A stretch of DNA of 64,000 nucleotides. It comes from Octopus vulgaris. Its lineage: Eukaryota. Within the stretch, counting starts at the first letter, position 1. Each line of letters starts with the position of its first letter. The translations under genes were made by a program, and so were the position numbers. The stretch is taken from positions 8,308,001 to 8,372,000 of the forward strand of contig OX597836.1 in the NCBI GenBank assembly GCA_951406725.2, read 5' to 3'. The notes under the pieces were generated by a model. It was not told the DNA's origin. It saw nothing but the letters and a program-made list of their open reading frames with translations, and did no database searches. This document shows positions 28,718 to 44,098 of this stretch, piece after piece.

Positions 28718-29789
28718 GGATGGATATGCAAACATACATATATACATATACATACGATGCAATGCTAAATTAACCATTAAGCAAAATAAGCACGTGCTTA
28801 GGGTATCAAGTGAAGTGGAGAACACCACAGAAATGGTAAATGGTTTACGACACTAAAGAAATCACTTTAAACTTACTAAAATAATATTCGAAGCGGTTTA
28901 TATGATTGGAAATATAATTTTGAAATATTCATGGTGTCATAGTGAGGATCTAATCAAAGACTTTGCAATTAATAATTAAAAAAAGTAGGAGGAAATTTTT
29001 CAAATATAAATAAAGTGGAATTATACAAAAATAACTTTATTGTCTCCCCCTTCTTCTAGCTCTCCTGTGTGACCCTCTTTTCGGCATTCGCCATGATAGA
29101 TCGCTAGCCACTAAACCTTTTTAAAAATTTTCTCTCCCTGTTTATTTCTGTGTTCCTTCCTGTTGAAGAGCGTAGGCTCGAAACGTAAAAGACTTTCTTA
29201 CTTCCAGAGCGTTAAACTAATACATCTGTTTCTTATTTACACATCCGTCTTCGTCTTTTTTTTTGTTTGTTTGTTTTGTTGTTTTTTTTTGTTTTGTTTT
29301 TTCTTTGTAAATTCTCATTATACAAAAATAAACATTATTTTCCACCTTGCTGTTAGTTTTCTTTCAATTTGAAAAATGAAAATTTATCTTATGGTTGATT
29401 ATTGTTTATATTTTGTATTACATATATATGGGGGCACCAAAATCTTTTAAGTGCTTCAGGCTTCTATGGATCTTAATCTAGCCCTGCAGATATGTTAAAT
29501 AAGATTAATTTTGAGGCCTCTAATTTTTAGGGCCTCCACGGGTCTTAATACGTTCCTGATATGACCGGGTTCTTTCAATTTCGATCTACCAAATCTACTC
29601 ACAAGGCTTCGGTAGTCGAAACCTTGTAGTTAAGAAGCAAGCTTTTCTCTCTTTCGCTATCTCTCTCTTTCTCCTCCTCCTCCTCCTCCTCCTCCTCCTC
29701 CTCTCTATTTGATGTAAAGCGTGTCTGCTGAATTCAACCGACCAACCAACCAACCAACTAATCGACATTTCTATCGCTTATTATTATTG

Positions 29790-30780
29790 GTTTCCAATTT
29801 TAGCACAAGGCCAGCAATTGTGGAGGCGGGCGTAAATCGATTACATCGATCCCCAGTGTTCAACTGGTTCTTATTCTATCGACGTCGAAAGGATAAAATG
29901 AAAAGTCAACCTCGGCGGAACATAAAGATACACGAAATGGCTGCTAAGCGTTTCCTCCAGCGTTGCTAACGGTTCTGCCAACTCGCCACCTTAATAATAG
30001 TAATAATAATAATAATCCTTTTCTTCTAAAGGCACAAGGCCTGACATTCTGGGGGAGGGGGAACTGGTTGATTACATCGACCTCTGTGTTTCACTGGTAC
30101 TTGATTTATCGACCTTGAAAGGATGAAAGGTAAAGTTGATTTCGGCAGAATTCGAACTCAGAACGTAAAGACAGACGACATACCACTAAGCATCTTTCAC
30201 AGCGTGCTAACCATTTTGCCAGCTCACTGCACTTGGTTTCAAACTTTGGCACAATACTAACAAATGCAGGGAAAGGGATGAGTCGATTACATTGACCCCA
30301 GTGTTAGACTGGTACTTGTTTTATAGAATCTAAAAGAATGAAAGGCAAAGTCGACCTCGGCGGAATTTGAACTCAGAACGTAAAGAGCCGGATGAAATGC
30401 CGCTAAGCATTTTGCACGGCATGATAACGAATGACCCAGCTTATGTCTTTATCATTTATTATTGTTGGTTTTAAAGCTTGGAGGAGAGGTAAGTTGATTA
30501 CATTGACCCCAGTGTCAAACTGGTACTTGTTTTATAGAATCTAAAAGAATGAAAGGCAAAGTCGACCTCGGCGGAATTTGAACTCAGAACGTAAAGAGCC
30601 GGATCAAATGCCGCTAAGCATTCTGCCCAGCATGGTAACGATTCTGCCAGCTCGCACCTTTATCGCTTATTATTGTTGGTTTTAAATGTGGGCACGAGAC
30701 CAGCAATTTGATCCCCCAGTACTCAACTGGTATTTATTTTATCGACTCTGAAAGGATGAAGGGCAAGGCCGACCTGGCCA
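29790..30780 (-). mobile_element. Head-to-tail cluster of about five SINE family A copies
   Basis: Repeated ACTGGTACTT..GATGAAAGGCAAAGTCGACCTCGGCGGAA units about 210 bp apart. Confidence 0.8.
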
Positions 30781-31333
30781 CCTTTAACGCTTATTGATTG
30801 ATATATGTACACCACAACGAAAGGCAATTGTATTTCAGAAAGGCAGATGCAACCTCAAACAGTATATAATAGTTAGCTTTATGCAAACAAAATGGACGAT
30901 CTGGCAGAATCGTTAACGCCTTCGAACAAAATGTTTGACAGCGTTTCTTTCGGCTCTTTACGTTCTGAGTTTGGTTTGTTTGTTTGTATTTTCTTTCCCG
31001 TTTATCCCTTCGAGGTCTATGAAATAAGTAACCGTGTGAATGTTGTGGGTTCAAATTCCGCCGAGGTCGACTTTGCCTTTCATCCTTTCGGGGTCGATAA
31101 ATTAAGTACCAGTTGCGTACTGAGATCAATCTAATCGACTGGTCCCCTCCCCCCAAAATATCGGGTCTTATGCCTAGAGTAGAAAAGAATATTAAAAGGT
31201 GTGTGTATGTGTGTGTGTGTGTACGTGTGCGTGCGCGCATATAAGAGAGAGAGAGAGAGAGATTAGGCAAGCAGATAGATTGTTAGATGAATAAAAAGAC
31301 AGATTGGGTGATACATTGAAAATTCAAAACATG

Positions 31334-31630
<297 letters not shown>

Positions 31631-31651
31631 TATATATATATACACATATGC

Positions 31652-31769
<118 letters not shown>

Positions 31770-31790
31770 ATACATATGCATAAATAAATA

Positions 31791-31851
<61 letters not shown>

Positions 31852-32334
31852 TATGGAATGACTCGATGACCGGGAGTTTCGTGCATTGGTGCGCCTGGGT
31901 AGATAGCTAGATAATTAAAGAGAGAGAGAGTGTGAGAGAGAAACAGACAGACAGACAGACAGACAGACAGGCAGACTGACTGATAGATGGATAGAAAGAT
32001 AGATGGACGGATGGATAGATTGATTGATAGATTATGGTATATTACATTCACGTAATACAAACCGAATGTAAATGAAGTGAGATTGCTACACATATTAATA
32101 ACTCTTAATTTATTAATTAGATTAAAAGAGAAACCTATCATTTACTGGTTGGGACTTTTGCAAGGTTTCGATCAATTTAATTAGATAAGCTTCTGTGTGT
32201 ACACACACACACAGACACACAGCTTTCGAAATAGGCACGTATTCATAGATAACCATACGCATACATACAAAAGCAAGCACTGTATAATTATGTACGCTTT
32301 TCAATATATATGTATGAATGTATGTATGAATGTA

Positions 32335-32397
<63 letters not shown>

Positions 32398-32398
32398 A

Positions 32399-32437
<39 letters not shown>

Positions 32438-32621
32438 ATAGAAATAATATATAAATATAGGCATATATATATATATACATATATGTACATACCTACATAT
32501 ATATGTGTATATATATACATATGTATGTATGCATATATTTATCTATATGTATATATACACGATATATATATGAAATATATATATATACACACACATATAT
32601 GTATACATATATATGTATATG

Positions 32622-32779
<158 letters not shown>

Positions 32780-33285
32780 ATATATACAGACATGCATACA
32801 TACACACACACACGCACACACATACATACATACATACATACATACATGCATACATACACACACACACACATACATACATACATACATACATGCATGCATA
32901 CACACACACATACGCACAAACACAAATACAGAAAAAGTCCGGAAGACCCGCACACACATTCTGTCCCCCTCTCACCCTTACACAGACACATTTATGCGTG
33001 TGTGCATGCTTGCATGTATGTGTGTGCGTACGCGCGCGCGCGCTCGTGTATACACATATATATACGTACATATACATATATGTAATAATTATACACACTT
33101 TCATGTGCTCACAGAATGAGGTATATAATTCTCTACGTTCTCAGCTGTCTATACATTATTTACTTACAATTCATATACTTACATACACCACATACGCAGG
33201 CACACTCGAATACTACAGCGGTCAATGAACTTAACTATACTCCATACATACATACATCCATCCATCCATACATACATACATACAT

Positions 33286-33350
<65 letters not shown>

Positions 33351-33737
33351 CAAAATGGGAGAAGAACACAAAGCATTTAGACAGGTGATACAAAAAAGGG
33401 ACAACAAAACATCAAGATAGACGATACAAAGAAAACAAGGACCGGTCATTCGGAGTTTTCTTTCCTCAGTGGAGATCCAGATTATCTTTGCAATTTCGGC
33501 TGGTTATACTCCAGATTGCTCCTATCTGGCCAGCCCCAAGGAAAAACTAAGCAAATAGCATTAGATTCCTTGGAAGAAAGCAGCGAATGTATACGAAAAC
33601 AAGGACGGAGAAAAACGGAGAATGTTACACAAATGCAAATGACAGGACATAACAACAGGTGTCTTTCGACTATGGACGAAACATATATATATATATATAT
33701 AAACATACATATTTCTACGTATGTACATATGTGTGTG

Positions 33738-33814
<77 letters not shown>

Positions 33815-34100
33815 CATATATAAATATATACATACATATATAGACACATACGCACACACACACACGCAGAAATACACATACATAATCAGGGCCTGAAATA
33901 TATGCATCCATCCATATGTTATCTATACAAATATTCACCCTCTTTCACTCCCACATATATTTATATACACGCATGCGCTGTGCTTATAGAGATAGGAGGC
34001 TTAATTATGGTAATTATATTATAACTTTTCTAATAAACTCTATTACGTACATCGAGCACGTTATTCTTACTGCTTGTACACCCAAATGCACTCGCATATC

Positions 34101-34167
<67 letters not shown>

Positions 34168-34559
34168 GTGTGAGTCTGTATGTCCGTATGTGAGTCTGAT
34201 TGTCCGTGTGTGCGTAATTATGAATTATGAATTAACAGGTAAGATTTAAAGCATTAAGTAATTAATATTTTTTGTATAAAATATCATTTACAAGAACTAA
34301 TCTGAAATAGAAATACAACAGGAGCACGGCAGTTGAATCTTGTATCTAATGCTTTTCGGTTGATTGAGGTACCAAATGCGCCAAAGTCTACTCTTGCTTA
34401 ATTAGGTTATTTCAAAATTATCTGTGAGTCTTATACGATATATGGTGAGCAAAAAACTGTTAGTGTTGAGAATAAAACATTTATATGGTATTATTTTGAC
34501 AGGAGGAGACGGAAAGTACTCGGTGATGTAAAAGATAATGTGTCCTTTCCAGAATGCGA

Positions 34560-35700
34560 GAGATGTACGTTTTACACCCTGCGAAAGGACCTGGTCTCTT
34601 CTACTATTCTAGATTTTACTACTCAGAATCGTCTCCAAATTGCTTGCATAAAGGTGTCTTGCAAACACAATATGGTAACTCTCCAGGGTAGAACGATCAC
34701 AGGGGTTATTATTTTCCTCGCGTGTTTCATCCTAAGGAAAGTACTCTTCGTTTAAAATGGCATGGTATGAAGTTATCCTTAAACAATCAGATGTGTAAAC
34801 CAAAGAAATTTCTTTGCATCTGTCGTGGTTTGTAAAGGAATGTGTGTACGAATAAAATCTCGATTTAAACAAGTTCGCAGTCATACCGACACAAGCTTTT
34901 GCATTGTCTTTAGTAGTAATCGAAAACTAATTTACAATATATATGTACAATATATATGTACCTAAAATATAGAGAGCAATTACTGGAAACAGGGCTGTTG
35001 GATAAGTTGGTGCTTTCTTGGTTAACGGATTAGTAATTTTTATTAAGTTCAGAAATGCTATAACCTGCTAAACTACTATCGAAGATTTGGTTAGTAGAAT
35101 TTGAAAGTTTGATGGTATGTTTATTAGATATTTGTTGGTATGTTTGATGTAAGTGGAAATGTTTCTTAATAAAGCTAAAGGAAATTTAAGCTAATGGTGT
35201 AGCAACTGCAATATTAAATAGAGGGCGGGGGTGTACCAAAATGCTTCTTTACTTATTCTTGTTTTCATTGGTGCAGACGATAGATGTTGTCGTAGAATAG
35301 GTTTAATCTTGTCAATTGTTTTATTGTGACATTAAGGTGTATTGCGAAAAATCTGCTTATTGATTGTTGAGGAAATCTAAGTGAGATGTTCGCAACACAA
35401 GCCCTGATATTATGCCTGCATTGGTTACAATGTCTGGATATAATAGGTCGAAATGTCTATGGATATACCTGCGTTGGTTACAATGTTTATGGATATAATT
35501 TTCAATGTCAATGGATATAATTTGTAAACTTTGTACCACGGAGGGCTTCAATATTCTTTTTACAAAGACCCCTTAATATTTCAGCGAAGATTCCTACATG
35601 CAAGCATACACAACGTAAATCGCATAGGTTTTACAAGCCAATTATCTTTCCATATTGATACCAAAGGCTGACATAACCGGAGGATAGGATGTATCCGAGA
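34560..35700 (-). mobile_element. Decayed Penelope-like element (thumb + GIY-YIG endonuclease remnant)
   Basis: Frameshifted pieces in the expected order: F..FIKKHFHLHQTYQQISNKHTIKLS, CVGMTANLFKSRFYSYTHSF (YIG.T...FK.R...H..SF) and PCDRSTLESYHI (C.LC..E...I). Confidence 0.65.
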
Positions 35701-36264
35701 ACGTGTTTATGTATTAACCTTTCTTTTGTTCTATTCATAGAAAATATCATAATCTTACTTCATCTAACTCATCTAATAATTCCTCATACTTCCACCTTTA
35801 TTAATGATTGCAAATAATGAACGCTAACTTTAAATTCCTGTGTATGAGCGTTTGTGTTGTTTTATCTTGCTTTTTAACAGACCTGCTTACGTTGTAACCG
35901 CCCTTTCTTCACGTTTCGTCAATGGTCACTATCTATTCGATAGTGGCTTCTTCCCTTATCACCAACAGGATTTTTAACGTTTCAAATATCTATCTATCTA
36001 GCTAGCTAGCTATTGTATACGTCAAAATAATTTAAAGCTTTTGAGAAATAAATCGTTTTTAATGGTGGATAAAGCTTTATCTATTTCGAGTTCCACGGTT
36101 AAAAACGAAGCGTGGCTGTGCGGTAAGAAGCTTGCTTCCCAACCACATGGTTCTGGGTTCAGTCCCACTGCGTGGCTTCTTAGGCTAGTATCTTCTACTA
36201 TAGCCTCAGGCCAACCAAGGCCTTGTGAGTGGATTTGGTAGACGGAAACTGAAAGAAGCCCTTC

Positions 36265-36345
<81 letters not shown>

Positions 36346-37444
36346 TGTATGTATGTATGTATGTATGTATGTATGTATATGTGTGTGTATGCATGTATGT
36401 ATGTATTCATGCACACACAGAGAACAAGAGAGAAAACGGGAGACGAATGCTTGGCAATTGTATATAGACAAATTGTGTGTGTATGTGTGTGTGTGTGTGT
36501 GTGAGTGTATATTTGTATTTTTTTGGGGTGGGGGGTATATTAAATTTCATTATCACTTTGTTATTATATTGAGATCCTGTAAAACTAAGAATATATTCTC
36601 TACCACAAGCCTTGAGTGATTGGATTTCCTCGATTCAAAATCATGAAAGTTTGAGATCAATTTGATTCCATCAGCAACCAGAATTTAGTCTGCTGTTTTA
36701 TGGCCTGTCATTGCTTTGTGGTTTCTCTTGAGAAACTGAATTACTTACAATGCAAAATACACATCGTATAAAGTATTATACGAATCCGAAAGACTTCAAT
36801 TCAATTTAGTGTTATTTCTGTGTAAGTGGAACAAAAATTTAGGCTAAATTTGCGAGTATTGCAAATATAAATTACACTGCAAAGTGTCAAGCTGGCAGAA
36901 ACGTTAACGCGTCGGGGGAAATACTTGGCGGTATTTTGTCTGCCGCTACGTTCTGAGTTCAAATTTCTGCCGAGGTCGACTTTGCCTTTCATCCTTTCGG
37001 GGTCGATAAATTAAGTACCAGTTACGCACTGGGGTCGATGTAATCGACTTAATACCTATGTCTATCCTTGTTTGTCCGCTCTGTGTTTAGCTCCTTGTGG
37101 GTAATAAAGAAATAGGTATTTTGTCTGCCGCTACGTTCTGAGTTCAAATTTCTGCCGAGGTCGACTTTGCCTTTCATCCTTTCAGGGTCGATAAATTAAG
37201 TACCAATACTGGATCAATATAATGGACTGGCCCCCACCCGACTCCACATTTCCGATCTTGTGCCTGTAGTGGAAAAGATTATAATCATCATCATTTTTAT
37301 TATATTATTATTATTATTATGTTGTTGTTGTTGTTATTGACATTGGTTATTGCTGTTATTGTGGTGGTGGTGATGTTGGTAGTGATGGAGGTGGTGGTGA
37401 CAGAGATGGTGATGGTGGTGGTGATGGAGGTTGTTATGGAGGTG

Positions 37445-40400
37445 GTAGTAGTGGTGATGGTGGTGATGGTTGTGGTGATGGTGGTGATGGTTGTGGTGAT
37501 GGTGGTGATGGTTGTGGTGATGGTGGTGATGGTTGTGGTGATGGTGGTGATGGTTGTGGTGATGGTGGTGATGGTTGTGGTGATGGTGGTGATGGTTGTG
37601 GTGATGGTGGTGATGGTTGTGGTGATGGTGGTGATGGTTGTGGTGATGGTGGTGATGGTTGTGGTGATGGTGGTGATGGTTGTGGTGATGGTGGTGATGG
37701 TTGTGGTGATGGTGGTGATGGTTGTCGTGATGGTGGTGATGGTTGTGGTGATGGTGGTGATGGTTGTGGTGATGGTGGTGATGGTGGTGATGGTGGTGAT
37801 GGTGTGGTGATGGTGGTGATGGTTGTGGTGATGGTGGTGATGGTTGTGGTGATGGTGGTGATGGTTGTGGTGATGGTGGTGATGGTTGTGGTGATGGTGG
37901 TGATGGTTGTGGTGATGGTGGTGATGGTTGTGGTGATGGTGGTGATGGTTGTGGTGATGGTGGTGATGGTTGTGGTGATGGTGGTGATGGTGGTGGTGAT
38001 GGTGGTGATGGTTGTGGTGATGGTGGTGATGGTTGTGGTGATGGTGGTGATGGTTGTGGTGATGGTGGTGATGGTTGTGGTGATGGTGGTGATGGTTGTG
38101 GTGATGGTGGTGATGGTTGTGGTGATGGTGGTGATGGTTGTGGTGATGGTGGTGATGGTTGTGGTGATGGTGGTGATGGTTGTGGTGATGGTGGTGATGG
38201 TTGTGGTGATGGTGGTGATGGTTGTGGTGATGGTGGTGATGGTTGTGGTGATGGTGGTGATGGTTGTGGTGATGGTGGTGATGGTTGTGGTGATGGTGGT
38301 GATGGTTGTGGTGATGGTGGTGATGGTTGTGGTGATGGTGGTGATGGTTGTGGTGATGGTGGTGATGGTTGTGGTGATGGTGGTGATGGTTGTGGTGATG
38401 GTGGTGATGGTTGTGGTGATGGTGGTGATGGTTGTGGTGATGGTGGTGATGGTTGTGGTGATGGTGGTGATGGTTGTGGTGATGGTGGTGATGGTTGTGG
38501 TGATGGTGGTGATGGTTGTGGTGATGGTGGTGATGGTTGTGGTGATGGTGGTGATGGTTGTGGTGATGGTGGTGATGGTGGTGATGGTGGTGATGGTGGT
38601 GATGGTGGTGATGGTTGTGGTGATGGTGGTGATGGTTGTGGTGATGGTGGTGATGGTTGTCGTGATGGTGGTGATGGTTGTGGTGATGGTGGTGATGGTT
38701 GTGGTGATGGTGGTGATGGTTGTGGTGATGGTGGTGATGGTTGTGGTGATGGTGGTGATGGTGGTGATGGTGGTGATGGTGGTGATGGTGGTGATGGTTG
38801 TGGTGATGGTGGTGATGGTTGTGGTGATGGTGGTGATGGTTGTGGTGATGGTGGTGATGGTTGTGGTGATGGTGGTGATGGTTGTGGTGATGGTGGTGAT
38901 GGTTGTGGTGATGGTGGTGATGGTTGTGGTGATGGTGGTGATGGTTGTGGTGATGGTGGTGATGGTTGTGGTGATGGTGGTGATGGTTGTGGTGATGGTG
39001 GTGATGGTTGTGGTGATGGTGGTGATGGTTGTCGGTGATGGTGGTGATGGTTGTGGGTGATGGTGGTGATGGTTGTGGTGATGGTGGTGATGGTTGTGGT
39101 GATGGTGGTGATGGTTGTGGTGATGGTGGTGATGGTTGTGGTGATGGTGGTGATGGTTGTGGTGATGGTGGTGATGGTTGTGGTGATGGTGGTGATGGTT
39201 GTGGTGATGGTGGTGATGGTTGTGGTGATGGTGGTGATGGTTGTGGTGATGGTGGTGATGGTTGTGGTGATGGTGGTGATGGTTGTGGTGATGGTGGTGA
39301 TGGTGGTGGTGATGGTGGTGATGGTTGTGGTGATGGTGGTGATGGTGGTGTGGTGGTGATGGTTGTGGTGATGGTGGTGATGGTTGTGGTGATGGTGGTG
39401 ATGGTTGTGGTGATGGTGGTGATGGTTGTGGTGATGGTGGTGATGGTTGTGGTGATGGTGGTGATGGTTGTGGTGATGGTGGTGATGGTTGTGGTGATGG
39501 TGGTGATGGTTGTGGTGATGGTGGTGATGGTTGTGGTGATGGTGGTGATGGTTGTGGTGATGGTGGTGATGGTTGTGGTGATGGTGGTGATGGTTGTGGT
39601 GATGGTGGTGATGGTTGTGGTGATGGTGGTGATGGTTGTGGTGATGGTGATGGTTGTGATGGTGGTGATGGTTGTGGTGATGGTGGTGATGGTTGTGGTG
39701 ATGGTGGTGATGGTTGATGGTTGATGGTGGTGATGGTTGTGGTGATGGTGGTGATGGTTGTGGTGATGGTGGTGATGGTTGTGGTGATGGTTGTGGTGAT
39801 GGTGGTGATGGTTGTGGTGATGGTGGTGATGGTTGTGGTGATGGTGGTGATGGTTGTGGTGATGGTGGTGATGGTTGTGGTGATGGTGGTGATGGTTGTG
39901 GTGATGGTGGTGATGGTTGTGGTGATGGTGGTGATGGTTGTGGTGATGGTGGTGATGGTTGTGGTGATGGTGGTGATGGTTGTGGTGATGGTGGTGATGG
40001 TTGTGGTGATGGTGGTGATGGTTGTGGTGATGGTGGTGATGGTGGTGATGGTTGTGGTGATGGTGGTGATGGTTGTGGTGATGGTGGTGATGGTGATGGT
40101 GGTGATGGTGGTGGTGATGGTGGTGATGGTTGTGGTGATGGTGGTGATGGTTGTGGTGATGGTGGTGATGGTTGTGGTGATGGTGGTGGTGGTGGTGGTG
40201 ATGGTGGTGATGGTGGTGGTGATGGTGGTGATGGTTGTGGTGATGGTGGTGATGGTTGTGGTGATGGTGGTGATGGTGGTGATGGTGGTGATGGTTGATG
40301 GTGGGTGATGGTTGTGGTGATGGTGGTGATGGTTGTGGTGATGGTGGTGATGGTTGTGGTGATGGTGGTGATGGTTGTGGTGATGGTGGTGATGGTTGTG

Positions 40401-42191
40401 GTGATGGTGGTGATGGTTGTGGTGATGGTGGTGATGGTTGTGGTGATGGTGGTGAGTGGTGGTGATGGTTGTGGTGATGGTGGTGATGGTTGTGGTGATG
40501 GTGGTGATGGTTGTGGTGATGGTGGTGATGGTTGTGGTGATGGTGGTGATGGTTGTGGTGATGGTGGTGATGGTTGTGGTGATGGTGGTGATGGTTGTGG
40601 TGATGGTGGTGATGGTTGTGGTGATGGTGGTGATGGTTGTGGTGATGGTGGTGATGGTTGTGGTGATGGTGGTGATGGTTGTGGTGATGGTGGTGATGGT
40701 TGTGGTGATGGTGGTGATGGTTGTGGTGATGGTGGTGATGGTTGTGGTGATGGTGGTGATGGTTGTGGTGATGGTGGTGATGGTTGTGGTGATGGTGGTG
40801 ATGGTTGTGGTGATGGTGGTGATGGTTGTGGTGATGGTGGTGATGGTTGTGGTGATGGTGGTGATGGTTGTGGTGATGGTGGTGATGGTTGTGGTGATGG
40901 TGGTGATGGTTGTGGTGATGGTGGTGATGGTTGTGGTGATGGTGGTGATGGTTGTGGTGATGGTGGTGGTGGTTGTGGTGATGGTGGTGATGGTTGTGGT
41001 GATGGTGGTGATGGTTGTGGTGATGGTTGTGGTGATGGTGGTGATGGTTGTGGTGATGGTGGTGATGGTTGTGGTGATGGTGGTGATGGTTGTGGTGATG
41101 GTGGTGATGGTTGTGGTGATGGTGGTGATGGTTGTGGTGATGGTGGTGATGGTTGTGGTGATGGTGGTGATGGTTGTGGTGATGGTGGTGATGGTTGTGG
41201 TGATGGTGGTGATGGTTGTGGTGATGGTGGTGATGGTTGTGGTGATGGTGGTGATGGTTGTGGTGATGGTGGTGATGGTTGTGGTGATGGTGGTGATGGT
41301 TTGTGGTGATGGTGGTGATGGTTGTGGTGATGGTGGTGATGGTTGTGGTGATGGTGGTGATGGTTGTGGTGATGGTGGTGATGGTTGTGGTGATGGTGGT
41401 GATGGTTGTGGTGATGGTGGTGATGGTTGTGGTGATGGTGGTGATGGTTGTGGTGATGGTGGTGATGGTTGTGGTGATGGTGGTGATGGTTGTGGTGATG
41501 GTGGTGATGGTTGTGGTGATGGTGGTGATGGTTGTGGTGATGGTGGTGATGGTTGTGGTGATGGTGGTGATGGTTGTGGTGATGGTGGTGATGGTTGTGG
41601 TGATGGTGGTGATGGTTGTGGTGATGGTGGTGATGGTTGTGGTGATGGTGGTGATGGTTGTGGTGATGGTGGTGATGGTTTGTGGTGATGGTGGTGATGG
41701 TTGTGGTGATGGTGGTGATGGTTGTGGTGATGGTGGTGATGGTTGTGGTGATGGTGGTGATGGTTGTGGTGATGGTGGTGATGGTTGTGGTGATGGTGGT
41801 GATGGTTGTGGTGATGGTGGTGATGGTTGTGGTGATGGTGGTGATGGTTGTGGTGATGGTGGTGATGGTTGTGGTGATGGTGGTGATGGTTGTGGTGATG
41901 GTGGTGATGGTTGTGGTGTTGGTGGTGATGGTTGTGGTGATGGTGGTGTTGGTTGTGGTGATGGTGGTGATGTTTGTGGTGATGGTGGTGATGGTTGTGG
42001 TGATGGTGGTGATGGTTGTGGTGATGGTGGTGATGGTTGTGGTGATGGTGGTGATGGTTGTGGTGATGGTGGTGGTGGTGGTGATGGTGGTGATGGTTGT
42101 GGTGATGGTGGTGATGGTTGTGGTGATGGTGGTGATGGTTGTGGTGATGGTGGTGATGGTTGTGGTGATGGTTGTGGTGATGGTTGTGGTG
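37445..42191. repeat. 21-bp minisatellite (GGTGATGGTGGTGATGGTTGT)n, ~4.7 kb
   Basis: Roughly 225 highly homogeneous units with sporadic 9/12-bp variants and 1-bp indels. Confidence 0.97.
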
Positions 42192-42504
42192 AAGCACTGT
42201 GCATTTGTTTACTTGTTTTTCAAGTGATCCATGTTTTTCATGTTGTTGATTTCATTTAAATCTTACTCCTCATCCACTTTCTTCTTCCTCTTTTTCTTCT
42301 TCCTCTTTTTCTTCTTCCTCTCTTTCTTCTTCTTCTTTTTCTTCTTCTTCTCCACTCTTCCTCCTCCTCCTCCTCCTCCTCCTCCTCCCCTTCTTCCTTT
42401 TCTTCTACAACTTCTAACAGGATAGTCAAGAGACCTGACATTTATGTAAAGGCACACACACGCACGCACTCGCTCTAACGTAGTTTATGAACGTTTATGT
42501 ACAG

Positions 42505-42535
<31 letters not shown>

Positions 42536-42618
42536 CCGCCTGAATACAATCTAATTTAAACACACTCAACTGCATAAGTATGTTTGTGGATACGTGTGTG
42601 TGGGTATGTAGATATGTG

Positions 42619-42658
<40 letters not shown>

Positions 42659-42782
42659 TATATGAATATATATGTATATATATATGTGGGGGCATGTATG
42701 TATTTATATGTAAACAAAGTGTGTATGTGTGTGTATGCATGTATGTTCATATGTATGTACACGTGTATGCATGCACAATTGC

Positions 42783-42828
<46 letters not shown>

Positions 42829-42965
42829 GCACATGTGAATGAACACAGTAATGTTAAGAGGACTGTAACACAGAAATATTCTTATGTCTGTCTGTTTGTC
42901 TGCCGTCTCCTCAATTTGTTTGCTTATATGCATTCATATAAGCATGAATATACATACATACATAC

Positions 42966-43032
<67 letters not shown>

Positions 43033-43092
43033 TGTATGTATGTATGTATATGCATAAATACATATATGTATAGCTATCTAGCTATCTATTTA

Positions 43093-43134
<42 letters not shown>

Positions 43135-43157
43135 TGTATGTATGTACTATCTATTTA

Positions 43158-43192
<35 letters not shown>

Positions 43193-43352
43193 CACACAAT
43201 GTATGTATAATGAATATACATGCGTGTGTGTGTATGGAAATGGTGGAGTAAGTGCCGTAGCCCAGTTAACGTGAGCCGTACAGAAAATGTCTTGAACTTT
43301 AAATGTCTTCAGGTGCACATATTGCAGAGTCTCCATTTTTATTGGTCGGTTG

Positions 43353-43433
<81 letters not shown>

Positions 43434-43696
43434 CAATTCTGGTTTATTGGCCACAAAGGCTAATATAAATCAAGAAAAACATGTAAGGACAAAGACAGGA
43501 CGAAAAGTACAAAGGGTTTTGTCCAAAAAGAAAGATCCGTGTAAACATTAAAATAACAACGAAAAATATATCAAATTAAACTCCCAATAGGGGGAGGCAC
43601 TTCAAAAGGTTACTCGTGGAAAAACCCATAAAAACCACGGGAGCCTGATCAAAAAGGGGTAGAGAGCCCCTTCTCCTTTCATATTACCTTTTTATA

Positions 43697-44062
43697 TCAC
43701 AGGTGTATCCTCAGAATTGGTCCGTTCATACTGGCCATTCTTGCGACATTTATCCACCTTTCAGTAAACTTGCTATGAGACAGCACTTCCCTCTCTACTC
43801 TCACCTTCCTTTTCAAGTGAAACTTGAAAAAGTTGTTGAGGCCTCGGCCAAAGAGGAAAGTGTCTGACTTTAGCCCTTTCAAATGGGTCCACCATACCAC
43901 CTCTTTCACTACAGCCACTAGGCAAAGGAAAATTGCCTTGCCCTCCCGGTTAAAGGAGGTCAACACGGCAATCTTCACTATGGATTCTACTGATAGCCGG
44001 ATCCATCCTATACGCGACAGTAGCTATTCGACATAAACCCACAGGTCAGCAATACTCGGCAA
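43697..44062 (-). pseudogene. ORF2 C-terminal remnant of the same LINE
   Basis: P...LW..V followed by a helical IW/WW..R-type segment like that after the zf-RVT motif in L1/Tx1 ORF2; one in-frame TAG. Confidence 0.6.
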
Positions 44063-44098
44063 TACATCGTTAGGGAATTTCTCCTTGATTTCGTTATA

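Noticed and set aside
37300-42259. 1634-aa and 1587-aa His/Thr/Pro-rich ORFs and the opposite-strand Val/Met and Gly-Asp-Cys ORFs
   Set aside because: Pure translations of the 21-bp minisatellite; frames interchange at 1-bp indels and there is no synonymous variation or unique domain.
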